NCBI GenBank assembly: GCA_002633005.1
Contig: NMRA01000039.1
Coordinates: 117,225-181,224 of the forward strand
Length of the DNA stretch: 64,000 nt
Reading direction: 5' to 3'
Source: Phoronis australis
Taxonomy: Eukaryota; Animalia; Phoronida
Shown here: positions 26,101 to 35,684 of the stretch, piece by piece
Numbering within the stretch: position 1 is the stretch's first letter
Layout of the letters: each line of letters starts with the position of its first letter
Position numbers and translations under genes: made by a program
The notes under the pieces: generated by a model
Seen by the model: only the letters and a program-made list of their open reading frames with translations
Told to the model about the DNA's origin: nothing
Database searches by the model: none

Positions 26101-29100
26101 CTCTTTGGGTCTTTATGTGCTAGGTTGAAATACAGTGTAGTTGGCATACCACCACATTATCCTTCGAAAACGATCATTAGACACTGAAACCGTTTTTGGA
26201 TTAAAATTCCTAGAAGGTTACCACACTTAAGCGTCTCCCGAAGTGCCATAATACCTGACAAAGACCCCCGTTCAGGCACTGAACAGAATCACAGTGCACG
26301 TATTTCTCGCAAGTGTCACCCTTAAATCCCGCTGCGCACGTGCACGTGTACGGGTGCACCGCTTTAACGTCGTCCTTTTCTTCAGTGGTTAGTTCGCTGC
26401 AGGTTCCGCCATTTTGGCACGGCGATGACTCGCATCCCTTTATCTCGGTCTCGCACATGCGGCCTGGAGAAAAGACGGAATAAACTTAATAACACCTCTC
26501 TTCGAGTAAATTGTTATTCAAAACTTACAGTCGCAATTTGCATTCAGCGCCAATGTGACATTAGTCGAGATACCTCGTATCTACCTGTACATGTATCAAC
26601 AGTACAGTATGTGTTGACATTTAAGTGTGGGACAGCAGCTTGTCTGGTTTGGGGACAATTTAACAGCAATCGAAAGACTTAGTATGTAAGATCATGAAAA
26701 GGAACTAACTCTTACACCCTTATCAAATGCAAACGGCTGCCATTGAATGTTTCTACTGAAGGAACACTTCCAGTAGCATCATGGTTAAAACGTGACTGAG
26801 TTCTCAACTGTAAAAGGCGGCTTTGACAAGTAAAATATTTTCCATTACAAAGACTTGATGAACTGTCATAAATGATGGTTAAAAACGAGTTTTGGAGCTG
26901 CCAAAAACAGTGCGAGATTTTTCGAGCTCATTGTTCGTACAGTGTAAAGACAGTAATTTATGCACATGTACATGTATGTTAAGAAATGTTGGAATCTTGG
27001 TACCCAGCTTAATAAAGTGAAAATGGAGATTTGTTTGTTTCGTATCAGGTTTATTGCGAATGATAGTGCTCGGCAGCAAGGTTTGCTTCTTTAAATCGTG
27101 ACTAGAAAGAATTTAAACGTGCCATAGTAGTGAACGCTGTTCACCAAATCCAGATACCAATGCAAATACTATCATGACCTGTGACACAACGCTGGGACGA
27201 GGCTTTTTTACGTGAATATATCCTTTGGAGATAGTTCATACTGCGCCTGTGTGAACTTTATTCATTACAACAAGACTGAAAATGGAGATTGCCGTCAAAT
27301 GCGCCGAGTTTCCCTTGTAAACATTGAGAACGACCATCGCGCAGCATTTTTGAGACCTGTTAGATTGAAATAATTATTTTAGCCTTCTCTCAACCAAAAG
27401 CCCTTTATGTAATGAGTGACATTCTCACCCGTGCCGACATGAAACTCACCGAGATATACTTTGAGGGTAGGAAGATGAGTTCCAGATGCCACTGGAGAAG
27501 TTTTGATATGCATGTGTGCACTATAACAGGAGGCAAATTATAGGATTGTGGAATACCGCCGCGTGCGACAATTGAGGCCTGTCAAACTTAAGTCATGACT
27601 AAAAGCCTCTCTTAAAATTGACCAAATCCCTTAGCTGAAGTCTCTAACTTTTGCAGATTCGCAAAAAATAAACAATCCTTGGCATAATTCGTGTCAAGGA
27701 AAATTCCGCGAGATGTCCCAGATGCACGTCTACATGCACGGCAGATAAGCACGCGACTGTTGTTTGTGCGCGAATGCATATACCGATCGGACGAGCATCA
27801 TTTAGCGAATTCTGTTTGAGACATACATGTACATATGTACCTGTGTATAGTGGCGTACATATACACCTGTACTGTTCGTTGCGAGTATTGTGGACGCCAA
27901 GCAAGCGACCTTCCAGCTTGGCAAGACTTTCCAGACCCTTCTGCCCACTGATGCATGTTCCTTTGTAAAGCAATAGCATTCGTTAAGTAGAGAATGAACG
28001 AAATAATTGTTATTACAAACTTGATCATTTGCCATCCAAGAGGAGTGATGGCAGAGCAAGAGCCAATAAAGGGCGGCCTACTCACGTAACGAGGCTCCAA
28101 CAACTGCTAAAAGCCCACCTTTTATCAAATTTCAACCTTTGATTTAGACCACTAAGCGTTTTAGGAGTGGTATCGTCATGTTTATATTCAGAATACAACG
28201 AGAATTGCTCTCTTAGTAGGGCCTGCTAAGCTCAAGAAATTACCTGCCTGGATAAACCTCTTATTTGAACCTTTTTACATTTTTGTGGTTTTCACAGTGT
28301 TACTTGCTTACTTAAATAGGCAGGCCTAGAACGCGATAAACAGACTAAATTGCAAGTTTGAAAATGGTTCTCTGCCACTGAACCAGAATTCAATCTGCTC
28401 ACCATGTAGGTTACTTTCACGGTTTGTAGTACATACTTTGAGTTTCTGTTGATACCATAGTGTTTTCTTTTAGAATCAAGCTAAAAAGCAACTTGTAAAC
28501 TGCTCGACATTTTGTCGATTTTCCTCCAACAACGCAAAGCACGTCCCCTTAATTGGTATTGCAAGACATACAATCTAGACGTAGCACATTTCATTTACCG
28601 TATAGCCCCGCAATTAGGCGCATGCGCATCAGCGGTTTTTTGGCAAGGTTATTTCACTCGAATGTCCCATATATAGGCCCATGCGCTTATTTGCGGGACT
28701 ATACGGTATATGGAAAGTGTGACATTCGACCTTTAATGTAAATAAAACAATGGCGTCTTCCAGCAACTGACTGTGAGCGCATGCTTGCAGTATCATAAGT
28801 GCGAGGGAAATTACAAACACTGTGGTGACTACAGACTTTTTCTTTCGCGCGTTTTTTAAAAATCATGAATTTTGTGATTTTTTCTGAAAATTCCCTCACA
28901 GGGGAAGTGAATTGCTCTTCACTAGACGTTTTGAGACGGTGATTTCGTCGGGAATTGTTTATAACATAGTTTTGACGAGCTTTCGCGTTCAATGCTTATT
29001 TAAGCTGGGAGTGCCGAATGTGGAAATTGCGTTACGTGTATATGTTGCGATTTAAAATTGACATTGCGAGTTGGACCATCAAACAGCTGACAGCTGATCA

Positions 29101-32100
29101 GTTAAGCGGACATTATAGGCAAGAAAAACAGAACTGTTGAGATCAAGCTCAGCGCGAAGTCCAACCTGGAACATTGGGGTAGCGGTATAACGTTCTGCTA
29201 GCGGACCAAAAATAGGTGATAAGTGACAGATTGTTAAAGCGTTTTTGATTAGTAAAGTCAACGGTCATGATTTCAGCGAAAGTCTGGCCAACGAAGGCGA
29301 AAATTTTTCAATTTGTTATAAAATTACAGAAAATGCATTGTGTTGTTTTTTTGTCTGTTGTCAATGCGTTTTTCAAAAGTAAATTCGATAATGTACCGTT
29401 AATGTTTATAGTTTGCTTAGCAAAACACAATAAATTTCAGCCATTGCACCTTGCGAATGGCACACGAATTCTGTTTAAAGAAATCACGAAAACAGTCCTC
29501 CTACCCCTGTGTTCGCACGGATGCGTCGCGCACACGTCTTTCTTCCTCTCGCACCTATCACCCTCCCACAGTCCGTGGCAGGTGCACTTAAACGTGGCCG
29601 CTTTGTTGCCATCGTTCAGGTCGGGGTCGCATCGTCCGCCGTGTAAGCATGGAATAGTGTCGCACGGGTTCTCTTGTATTTTACAATCGTCACCGGTGAA
29701 ACCCTTGCGGCAGTCACATCTTGCAGTTTAATGTTCAAATGTGTCAGCTGGTTGGTTAACAATAACTCTACATGTATATACTCCACGAGGCACAACAACA
29801 AACCGTGTGAGCGTTTTGGCAGTGTGGCATTGGTAACTTGTCTGATTACTCAATGGTTCAATAAGAATCTATTTCCATTTTAATTCATCGGCTGTACATC
29901 TACGGTGTCTCTTGACTTTTGGGACTGAACAGTCGTATTTTAGAGTCCGTGAGTTTTCGAGCTTTCTGCCCTCGTTGAAATTTAGAGGTATTTTATAAAC
30001 CTTTTCCAGGGGCCTTTTTCACTACGAAATATAACTTTCGTCTTTTTTTAAACGGAGTCTAAACTGACTCTTTTGTATACTCTCGCCAAGCCTAGAACTA
30101 AAAACGCTCTTTCATTCTGAGTGTGAGCTCGTCAATACACCGATGAGCGTCCATGTGATCTCTGCTACAGCAGATAACATAACAAAAGAAATTGCGGTGC
30201 ATGGTTTCTGATAAAAAGTCTAGTGATCAAAGCGAGGGCCACAATACGATAAAGCGGTATAGTAGGAAAGTTCTGAAGAAAATTAGTTCCTATTTTAACA
30301 ACAAAAACAAGAAATCTGTGTACCTGTAGGTGTTCACATCTCGGATACATACACCCCCGTGTCTACAGGGGGAGCTGTCGCACTGGTTTATTTCAATCTC
30401 ACAATTCACTCCGCTAAAACCGGTCCTACAGCGGCAGACATTTCTACCTGGGCCCGTCTTTTGGCAGGCTCCTCCATGTTCACATGGGTTGATGACTGCG
30501 CAAGGATTTGTCTCATCGGCGCAGTTAATGCCCGTGTAGCCACTCACGCAATGGCAAGTGTAGCCGCTGTCCCGCTCGCGACAGTCGCCGCCATTTTTAC
30601 ATGGATTCGAGAGGCATGGTCTGCCCTCTACTGGCGCTACTTGCTGCTGCTGCTGGTCGCACTTGTCGCCATAGTAACCCTGGAGGCAAGCATGGCACGT
30701 GGTGCTACCCGCACGACAGTAGCCGTGAACACACAAGCCACATTCGTATAACTCCGGCGTGGGTGGAGGAGTTGTAGTCGTTGTAGGAGTGGTGGTAGTA
30801 GTCGGAGGCGTGGTAGATGCAGACGTCGTAATCGTTGTTATTCGTCGCTCACAGAACACACCCACCCACCCAAAGAAACAGGGGTGGCAAACGAATGCAC
30901 GTTTATTGTTGGCTGGCTTACAAAAGCCATGTGCACAAGGTCGTGTGAGACAACCGGGCTGTTGTCGCCTTCGACGATTTAACCTCCAATGTTTGCCAGT
31001 GCAGTATTCAAGCGCCAGAAACCAGAGAAATAAAATTTCTGTAACGCAAGGTTACCTTAGCCTACTATTGCAACCCAATTTGCTCAAACATTTTGGTTAA
31101 ATCCAGTTAGAGCCTTTATCGTCAAATCTATGCATTAAGCCAAATATGTACAAAATTACAGATTTTAACTCTTGGAAAAGGAAAGCCTGCCAGATTTCAT
31201 TTCTGACATTTTACCAATCTACCATAAATTAAATCAGGTGGCCGTGTATATTTAGAGAAATTTAGCAAAGAGAAGAGGAAATTGATGACAAAAGAACTGT
31301 CCAAAACATGACGAAATTTCGATTGATAGAAACGTCCAAAATGAAGTCTCAAAATAACTGTTATAATTTTTCAAAGTATTTCGTTTTCATGTTATGTTCC
31401 CTTTGCATATTATCTTAAAATTTCTTAACACCCCATGCAAAAATGGAACATTTTAATTGGCAAACAAGTGGATCCAGAGTCAAAGAGGAAGTACAGGGAA
31501 TTGTGTAAATGCCCAAAATTAGGATGCACAGCAAGTTGAACGGGTCAAAAGTGCGGGAGACTTTCGGTGACGGTGATGTTTATGAAGAGGATGAAAATGT
31601 TGATGATGACGATGACGATGATTATACTCCACTTTAAACATCTGCACGAGGGGCGGCAAAGCGTGATTTTCATTTTGAGGCTGATCAGCAAATATATATT
31701 TTCCATAACCTCTCCAGAGGATGCATTAATTTCGGATCTTAGGAAACTAAAACGAGAGGGGTTTACATTTTCCAGATTGGATGAGGTTACATGTGCACAA
31801 AGTTGACGAGTGTGAGAAAATATGTCCCGCTCCCACCTTAAGAGTGTTTTTGTTCTAGACTTAAAAATGTATTTCTCATGGATGCCAGGCTCGAAGCCAA
31901 TGGAAATCGGGTGCACGAGAACGAACACCGAGGAGGAAACCGTTTAAAAAGTCCAATTTCCCACACACCCATGCCCAAACTCGACAGATAATTTTCAAAG
32001 TATAAACTTACATTTTGACATCTTGCGAATGTCCAAAACCCGTCCAGCGGAATTTTTAGACAATTGGTGTTTTCGTAATTGGTACTAGTAGAGCTTTGCT

Positions 32101-33782
32101 ATCTTGCACACTACCATCCCAAGTGTTGTTTCCGAACTCAAAGCTCAGTTATTTGGACCCGGGCCAGGACCACACAAGAAAGGATTTAGATTTGTCAAAA
32201 TTTAAATATTAACTCTCTTGAATTAGACCTGGCTAGGAGACGGGATTTTGCTAGGCTGTCCCCTCTCTCCCAAAATGGTTTGTTCTTAAAGTCGTGTCTT
32301 TTCAATCTGTCTTATGCAAAGAAATGGGCGGGTATTGGGTGACTTTTAATCTAGCTCAGAACTGTTTTACGTGCAGCCGTTTTCAAACTGTCGGGGAACT
32401 TCCAACGGGCGTTTACTTTTATGACGGGGAAAGGTTTGGAGAATGTACACGTCAAAAATCTGAACGTGTTTCAAATAGCGCCTGTGAGTTGAGTTCCCGA
32501 CTCGCGCGGTGACAATGCGATACCGAAAGAGTGTGGTAATAACGTTATACCTCTAAACGCGTTGGTTTAAAATTCACTAGTGATAACTAAACATCGGTGA
32601 AAGGCCTTTTGTACGGAGTGACAATGTGTGTCGTGACCAGATGACAGTGGATATGTTGCTCTACGCGCTACATATTGTCGCCCATGGAGACGATGTGTGT
32701 CAGAAACAACACTAGTATATGCTGTGAACGCCCTGGCGACAATATGTGTCGAATGCGACAATACATATATGAGACACATCAAGGTATCGTGGAACGGGCT
32801 GAATTACAGAAGCTTCTGTTTGACCCCGATTATTTTTTTTTAAATTAATGTGACCTATTGATATCTGTATTAATTTCCATTCCAATAATTCAGTAAAACG
32901 TGGTATTTTTTCCTTTAGGGAACCATTTATTTTCAATTTGCAGTGCAAGAATATTCCGTCATGAAGTGTGTTTAGTGAAAAGGCACCGACACAGAAATTT
33001 TATCTAACAATTGCTGAATAAAATTTTGGCTAAGTAATCACGAGTGCACCCAAGAAAAAAAAAACAATATCCTCGGTACCTAACAGTTGTACTTATGTTC
33101 TAATAGACTTTCGCTGTTGCTCAAGTGCGATTTAATTGTTTTTTAGAAATAACTCTGTGGAGGGTAACACCAAATTTCTTTCTTAACTCTGATATCGTCT
33201 TCCATAAAACAGGTCCCGATTATGTGACTTTAAGTTTACTTACAAGCTGAATTGAAACTGCAATCCCTAAATTTGAGCTTGTACTCAAGTGAACTAAATG
33301 CCAATTTGGTAATTACCCGTTGTTCCAAGACAGTCGCGTAGTACTTGTGGGAAGAAATCTTCGCTTATGGATCTGAGATAATCCAACATAAAGACCAATG
33401 ACTTCTTTAGCCGCCATTTTTTAAGGTAGCCTGGTAATTTTCCGGGGATACATGTACATTGTAATCGCAAAGCACTCACCTTTCGCTCGCGTGATTTTGC
33501 GTCGTCTTGCTTTGTGAAAAGATTCTTGGACTAATACAAGCGTGATCAGTTCTTAACAAAATTATACTACTGGATCAAACTATTTTTGGGACCCCTGCCT
33601 GGCACAAAGTCGATATAGAATAAGTAACACCATAGAGTTTTACTGTCGCAAAATCAGGTATCTTCTTTACTGTGGCACAGGTTTACAGCCATTACCCTCA
33701 GAATTGTTGTAGCTTTTGGATACGAGTTCTAATTAGACCTTACAGACGTATGACGTATTTTTAACTTACCCCAAAGTCTCAT
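14829..33782 (-). CDS. Multi-EGF type-I transmembrane protein (Notch-ligand/DLK-like, no DSL), 10 coding exons, about 623 aa
   Basis: Exons 33782-33770, 33530-33480, 31038-30324, 29719-29505, 27960-27841, 26463-26255, 19098-18951, 17539-17359, 16043-16013, 15017-14829. All introns are GT-AG with consistent phases; total 1872 nt, open to TAG. Architecture: signal peptide, RRRR, EGF, Thr/Pro stalk, 8 more EGFs, a 4-Cys EGF, TM, basic stop-transfer, tail. Confidence 0.88.
16013..16043 (-). CDS. EGF-TM gene exon 9 (31 nt, cytoplasmic RRSKRNFLTEE)
   Basis: tttcattttcag|G AGG TCC AAA AGA...GAG|gtaggc; bridges phase 2 to phase 0 and places basic residues after the TM helix. Confidence 0.8.
17102..17205. 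repeat. (TG)n microsatellite
   Basis: Direct reading. Confidence 0.95.
17359..17539 (-). CDS. EGF-TM gene exon 8 (juxtamembrane plus TM helix)
   Basis: ctaacgtattttacag| (branch point plus acceptor), then ...TNTGAVVGASLGGVALLMLVIGTTYYIYS AG|gtgacc. Confidence 0.85.
18184..18208. other. Assembly gap (N run) next to a poly-C tract
   Basis: Direct reading. Confidence 0.95.
18951..19098 (-). CDS. EGF-TM gene exon 7 (EGF9 end, truncated EGF10)
   Basis: tgtccttctag|DTKEGFKCVCQPMWSGRFCETRIATCQDNPCPPEKVCEMDITDRGFTCI T|gtaaga. Confidence 0.9.
21091..24391. mobile_element. Mariner/pogo-type MITE split by the Academ insertion
   Basis: Left arm ATTTTCCGTAGATAAGC... with repeated AAACGCCCAT(G)GG at about 21098-21190. 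Right arm ...GCACGCCCATGGGCTTTTCTACGGAAAATGCCGGTA at about 24290-24391. Confidence 0.55.
21354..24272 (+). mobile_element. Decayed, internally deleted Academ (AcademX-type) DNA transposon
   Basis: TAGTCC... and ...GGACTA termini with long imperfect TIRs (AAAACATTTACACC.CGGATTAAA, TTGAGGTCAA repeats); flanks GCT/GTT. Remnants EASVATAGRSDSFLQASHLTRTRHAHQVTA (Academ transposase), ALPMFHALTGLDTTS...GKGTKTAW (XPG-like H3TH) and a degenerate Cys-rich end LACTTLFKYRGTCQ*. Confidence 0.8.
25141..25275. mobile_element. Tandem pair of about 68-bp MITEs; third copy at 25933-26000
   Basis: Each unit reads CATGGGC...GGGGCT(A/G)TA..CCCC.CACTTATTTCAGTG...CCGCCCAT. Confidence 0.6.
26255..26463 (-). CDS. EGF-TM gene exon 6 (EGF7 end, EGF8, EGF9 start)
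   Basis: cttttctccag|GC CGC ATG TGC...CESSPCQNGGTC...CTCAAGFKGDTC...CLNGGLCQ|gtatta. Confidence 0.92.
27841..27960 (-). CDS. EGF-TM gene exon 5 (EGF7 with long insertion)
   Basis: tttacaaag|GA ACA TGC...TCISGQKGLESLAKLEGRLLGVHNTRNEQYRCICTPLYT G|gtacat; supplies C3-C5 of EGF7. Confidence 0.85.
28596..28708. mobile_element. 113-bp palindromic mariner/pogo-type MITE
   Basis: TACCGTATAGCCCCGCAATTAGGCGCATG ... CATGCGCTTATTTGCGGGACTATACGGTA, with TA ends. Confidence 0.75.
29505..29719 (-). CDS. EGF-TM gene exon 4 (EGF5-7)
   Basis: CDCRKGFTGDDCKIQENPCDTIPCLHGGRC...FKCTCHGLWEGDRCERKKDVCATHPCEHR G|gtagga. Confidence 0.9.
30324..31038 (-). CDS. EGF-TM gene exon 3 (signal h-region, EGF1, Thr/Pro stalk, EGF2-5)
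   Basis: ttacag|AA ATT...: ILFLWFLALEYCTG KHWRLNRRRR QQPGCLTRPCAHGFC...CLSNPCKNGGDC...CDSSPCRHGGVCIRDVNTY AG|gtacac. Confidence 0.93.
33480..33530 (-). CDS. EGF-TM gene exon 2 (51 nt, phase 1-1, basic n-region)
   Basis: cttgtattag|TC CAA...AAA G|gtgagt encodes VQESFHKARRRKITRAK in frame. Confidence 0.6.
33770..33782 (-). CDS. EGF-TM gene exon 1 (start codon)
   Basis: ATG AGA CTT TGG G|gtaagt; phase 1 matches the downstream exons. Confidence 0.7.
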
Positions 33783-35329
33783 TTGCAGATGTTGTTGATT
33801 TAATGTGTACAGTTTACATGAAACATTTTCTGTACAACAAAAGAACAAACAATTATTTTCTTAACTAAACCTCTCAACAAAAATGAAATTTACAATAAAG
33901 TTCGCGTGAAATGACGTCTCGTGTTTATGCCAGTGTATGTGATTCCACATTGCTATAACACGCGTCACTAATTACATTTTGGCGGACACTATTTATTTTT
34001 GAAAGGAAGGTCATGTGGGGAAAAGGAATTCATGTTCAGAGGAATGTGTTATTTTATTACGTACTAATGAGACTCTTATCCATGAAATTAATTTAAAAAG
34101 TTAAAACCCCTGTGCCATTGTAAGTCGTTTCTTTACACCACGAAAAGTACAACTAAACTACAAACAAACATTTGGATTACAACTTCCGCGACTTCTTTTG
34201 AAAATACAATCCTGTGTATGACCACATTGATGTTGCTTTAATGGAGTTTACTGCACTTGGTAGAATGCAAGAGACGACAAGTTTCCTTTAATGTAATAAC
34301 ACCGTTACATAAATTTTGGCGGACAGATTTGTTGAACTATATCTGTAAATAAAGTCTTCAAAGCCTCCGCAATTAGGATCCAATTCAGGGCTGGGTTGTA
34401 TTAAAACTTCAAAATTATCCGCTTAATAAGTTTGACGTCAGGTTTGTTGTTCAACAATAACGATGCTGCGTATAAAAATGCCACGTCGTTGTTGCTGCGC
34501 AGCGTATAGGTTTTATGCAACTGGACCTAGGTCAACGTCTCCAAATCTTGCCATAGTAATTCATGAATTCCCTTGTTTAAGGGCCTAACCCGTATATGTA
34601 TGTCCGCGTTGCCCAGGTGTTTTGAGAAACTGCGCGCACTGGGACAAGACGGTACCAGAATCTGCTGGTCCCCCTTCATATGCAAATGTGGTGATCTTTT
34701 CAAACTATTGCGACCATTAATACGCCAGTTTCTACAGTCTAGACATTCTCAGCCAACACTCGCAAACCATCCATGGGCGGCTCGGAAGGCAGTGTTAGAA
34801 TTTTAACATCTTTAAAATTTGGAGATTATACTATGAAGGTAAATAATTATTTCAGCTCTGGTTACTGGGAGCCCTTAAGAGCGGTCGAAGACAAACTTGC
34901 ATTCTTCTTTTGTTTTCGACTTAATTACTTTTGTTTTTCAAAAAACGACCTTCTCTTGGAAAGGAATGTTTTAAGTATGTTGCCATTTTGCCAAATGACG
35001 GGTAGTTGCAGTTCATTTTGCTGTGTTGCAAATAGTCTGCCTCTTTCAGGCAAGAATAGTCATTCCATTGAGAGTCCTTTCTGTGCATGTGGAGCGAGGT
35101 TCACAAAATGCCTTTGCCTTGCCTCCGCGTCCCTTGTCTCAAAATGTGACTCATTTGATCAAACGCACTCCAATCAGCCGCTCGCCGTTCTATCAAAATG
35201 TATTTATTATATTGCCATGCCAAGCGGCTGGTTAAAGATGTCTGTGGGTGTAATTTGACTGGTGTCTTCTAACTCGCCAAAATGAGGTTTCGGTCCGACA
35301 GCCGAAAACCAGACACCAAACCAGTCTGT

Positions 35330-35600
35330 AGATATTTACAGACACGCTCGACAAAGCCCGTCCTTCCGGCGTCCGGCATCCGTTGCTCTGTCTCCAAAAC
35401 CCTTTGATGTACATGTGTATTTATGGCGTTTTGCACATATTGTCCTTTCATGGATGGTACCGCATGGACGAATTTTGTTACAGATCCGACTACTGGTGTC
35501 CCCACTAGTGGTAATTTGATTTGTTTTCGTTTACATCATTATCTTCAAAGGTCCTCAACGGATTTTCATAAAATTTGACAAGTAGGTATCTCCCAGGGAA
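35330..35600 (+). mobile_element. Fragment of the HINE family (microsatellite plus first repeat unit)
   Basis: CCGTCCTTCCGGCGTCCGGCATCCG...TCTCCAAAACCCTTTGA...GATCCGACTACTGGTGTCCCCACTAGTGG, homologous to about 49720-49940. Confidence 0.8.
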
Positions 35601-35681
35601 AACTAGGTCGCAAGATCGACGCATAGGTATCGGTATGTAGGCGTATCCATTGTTAACTTTTTCTTTCTCATAATAAAGAGA

Positions 35682-35684
35682 ATG
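35682..35684 (+). CDS. CTL-CCP-ZP gene exon 1 (ATG only)
   Basis: agagaATG|gtaagt; a perfect phase-0 donor, as exon 2 requires. Confidence 0.55.

Noticed and set aside
30330-31100. Plus-strand ORFs, including hydrophobic poly-V and poly-L stretches
   Set aside because: They are antisense shadows of the EGF exon (Thr- and Gln-rich codons).
32567-32782. Minus-strand ORF as a candidate EGF-gene exon
   Set aside because: No domain features and not needed for frame; the internal inverted repeat CATATTGTCGCC/GGCGACAATATG points to a MITE fragment.
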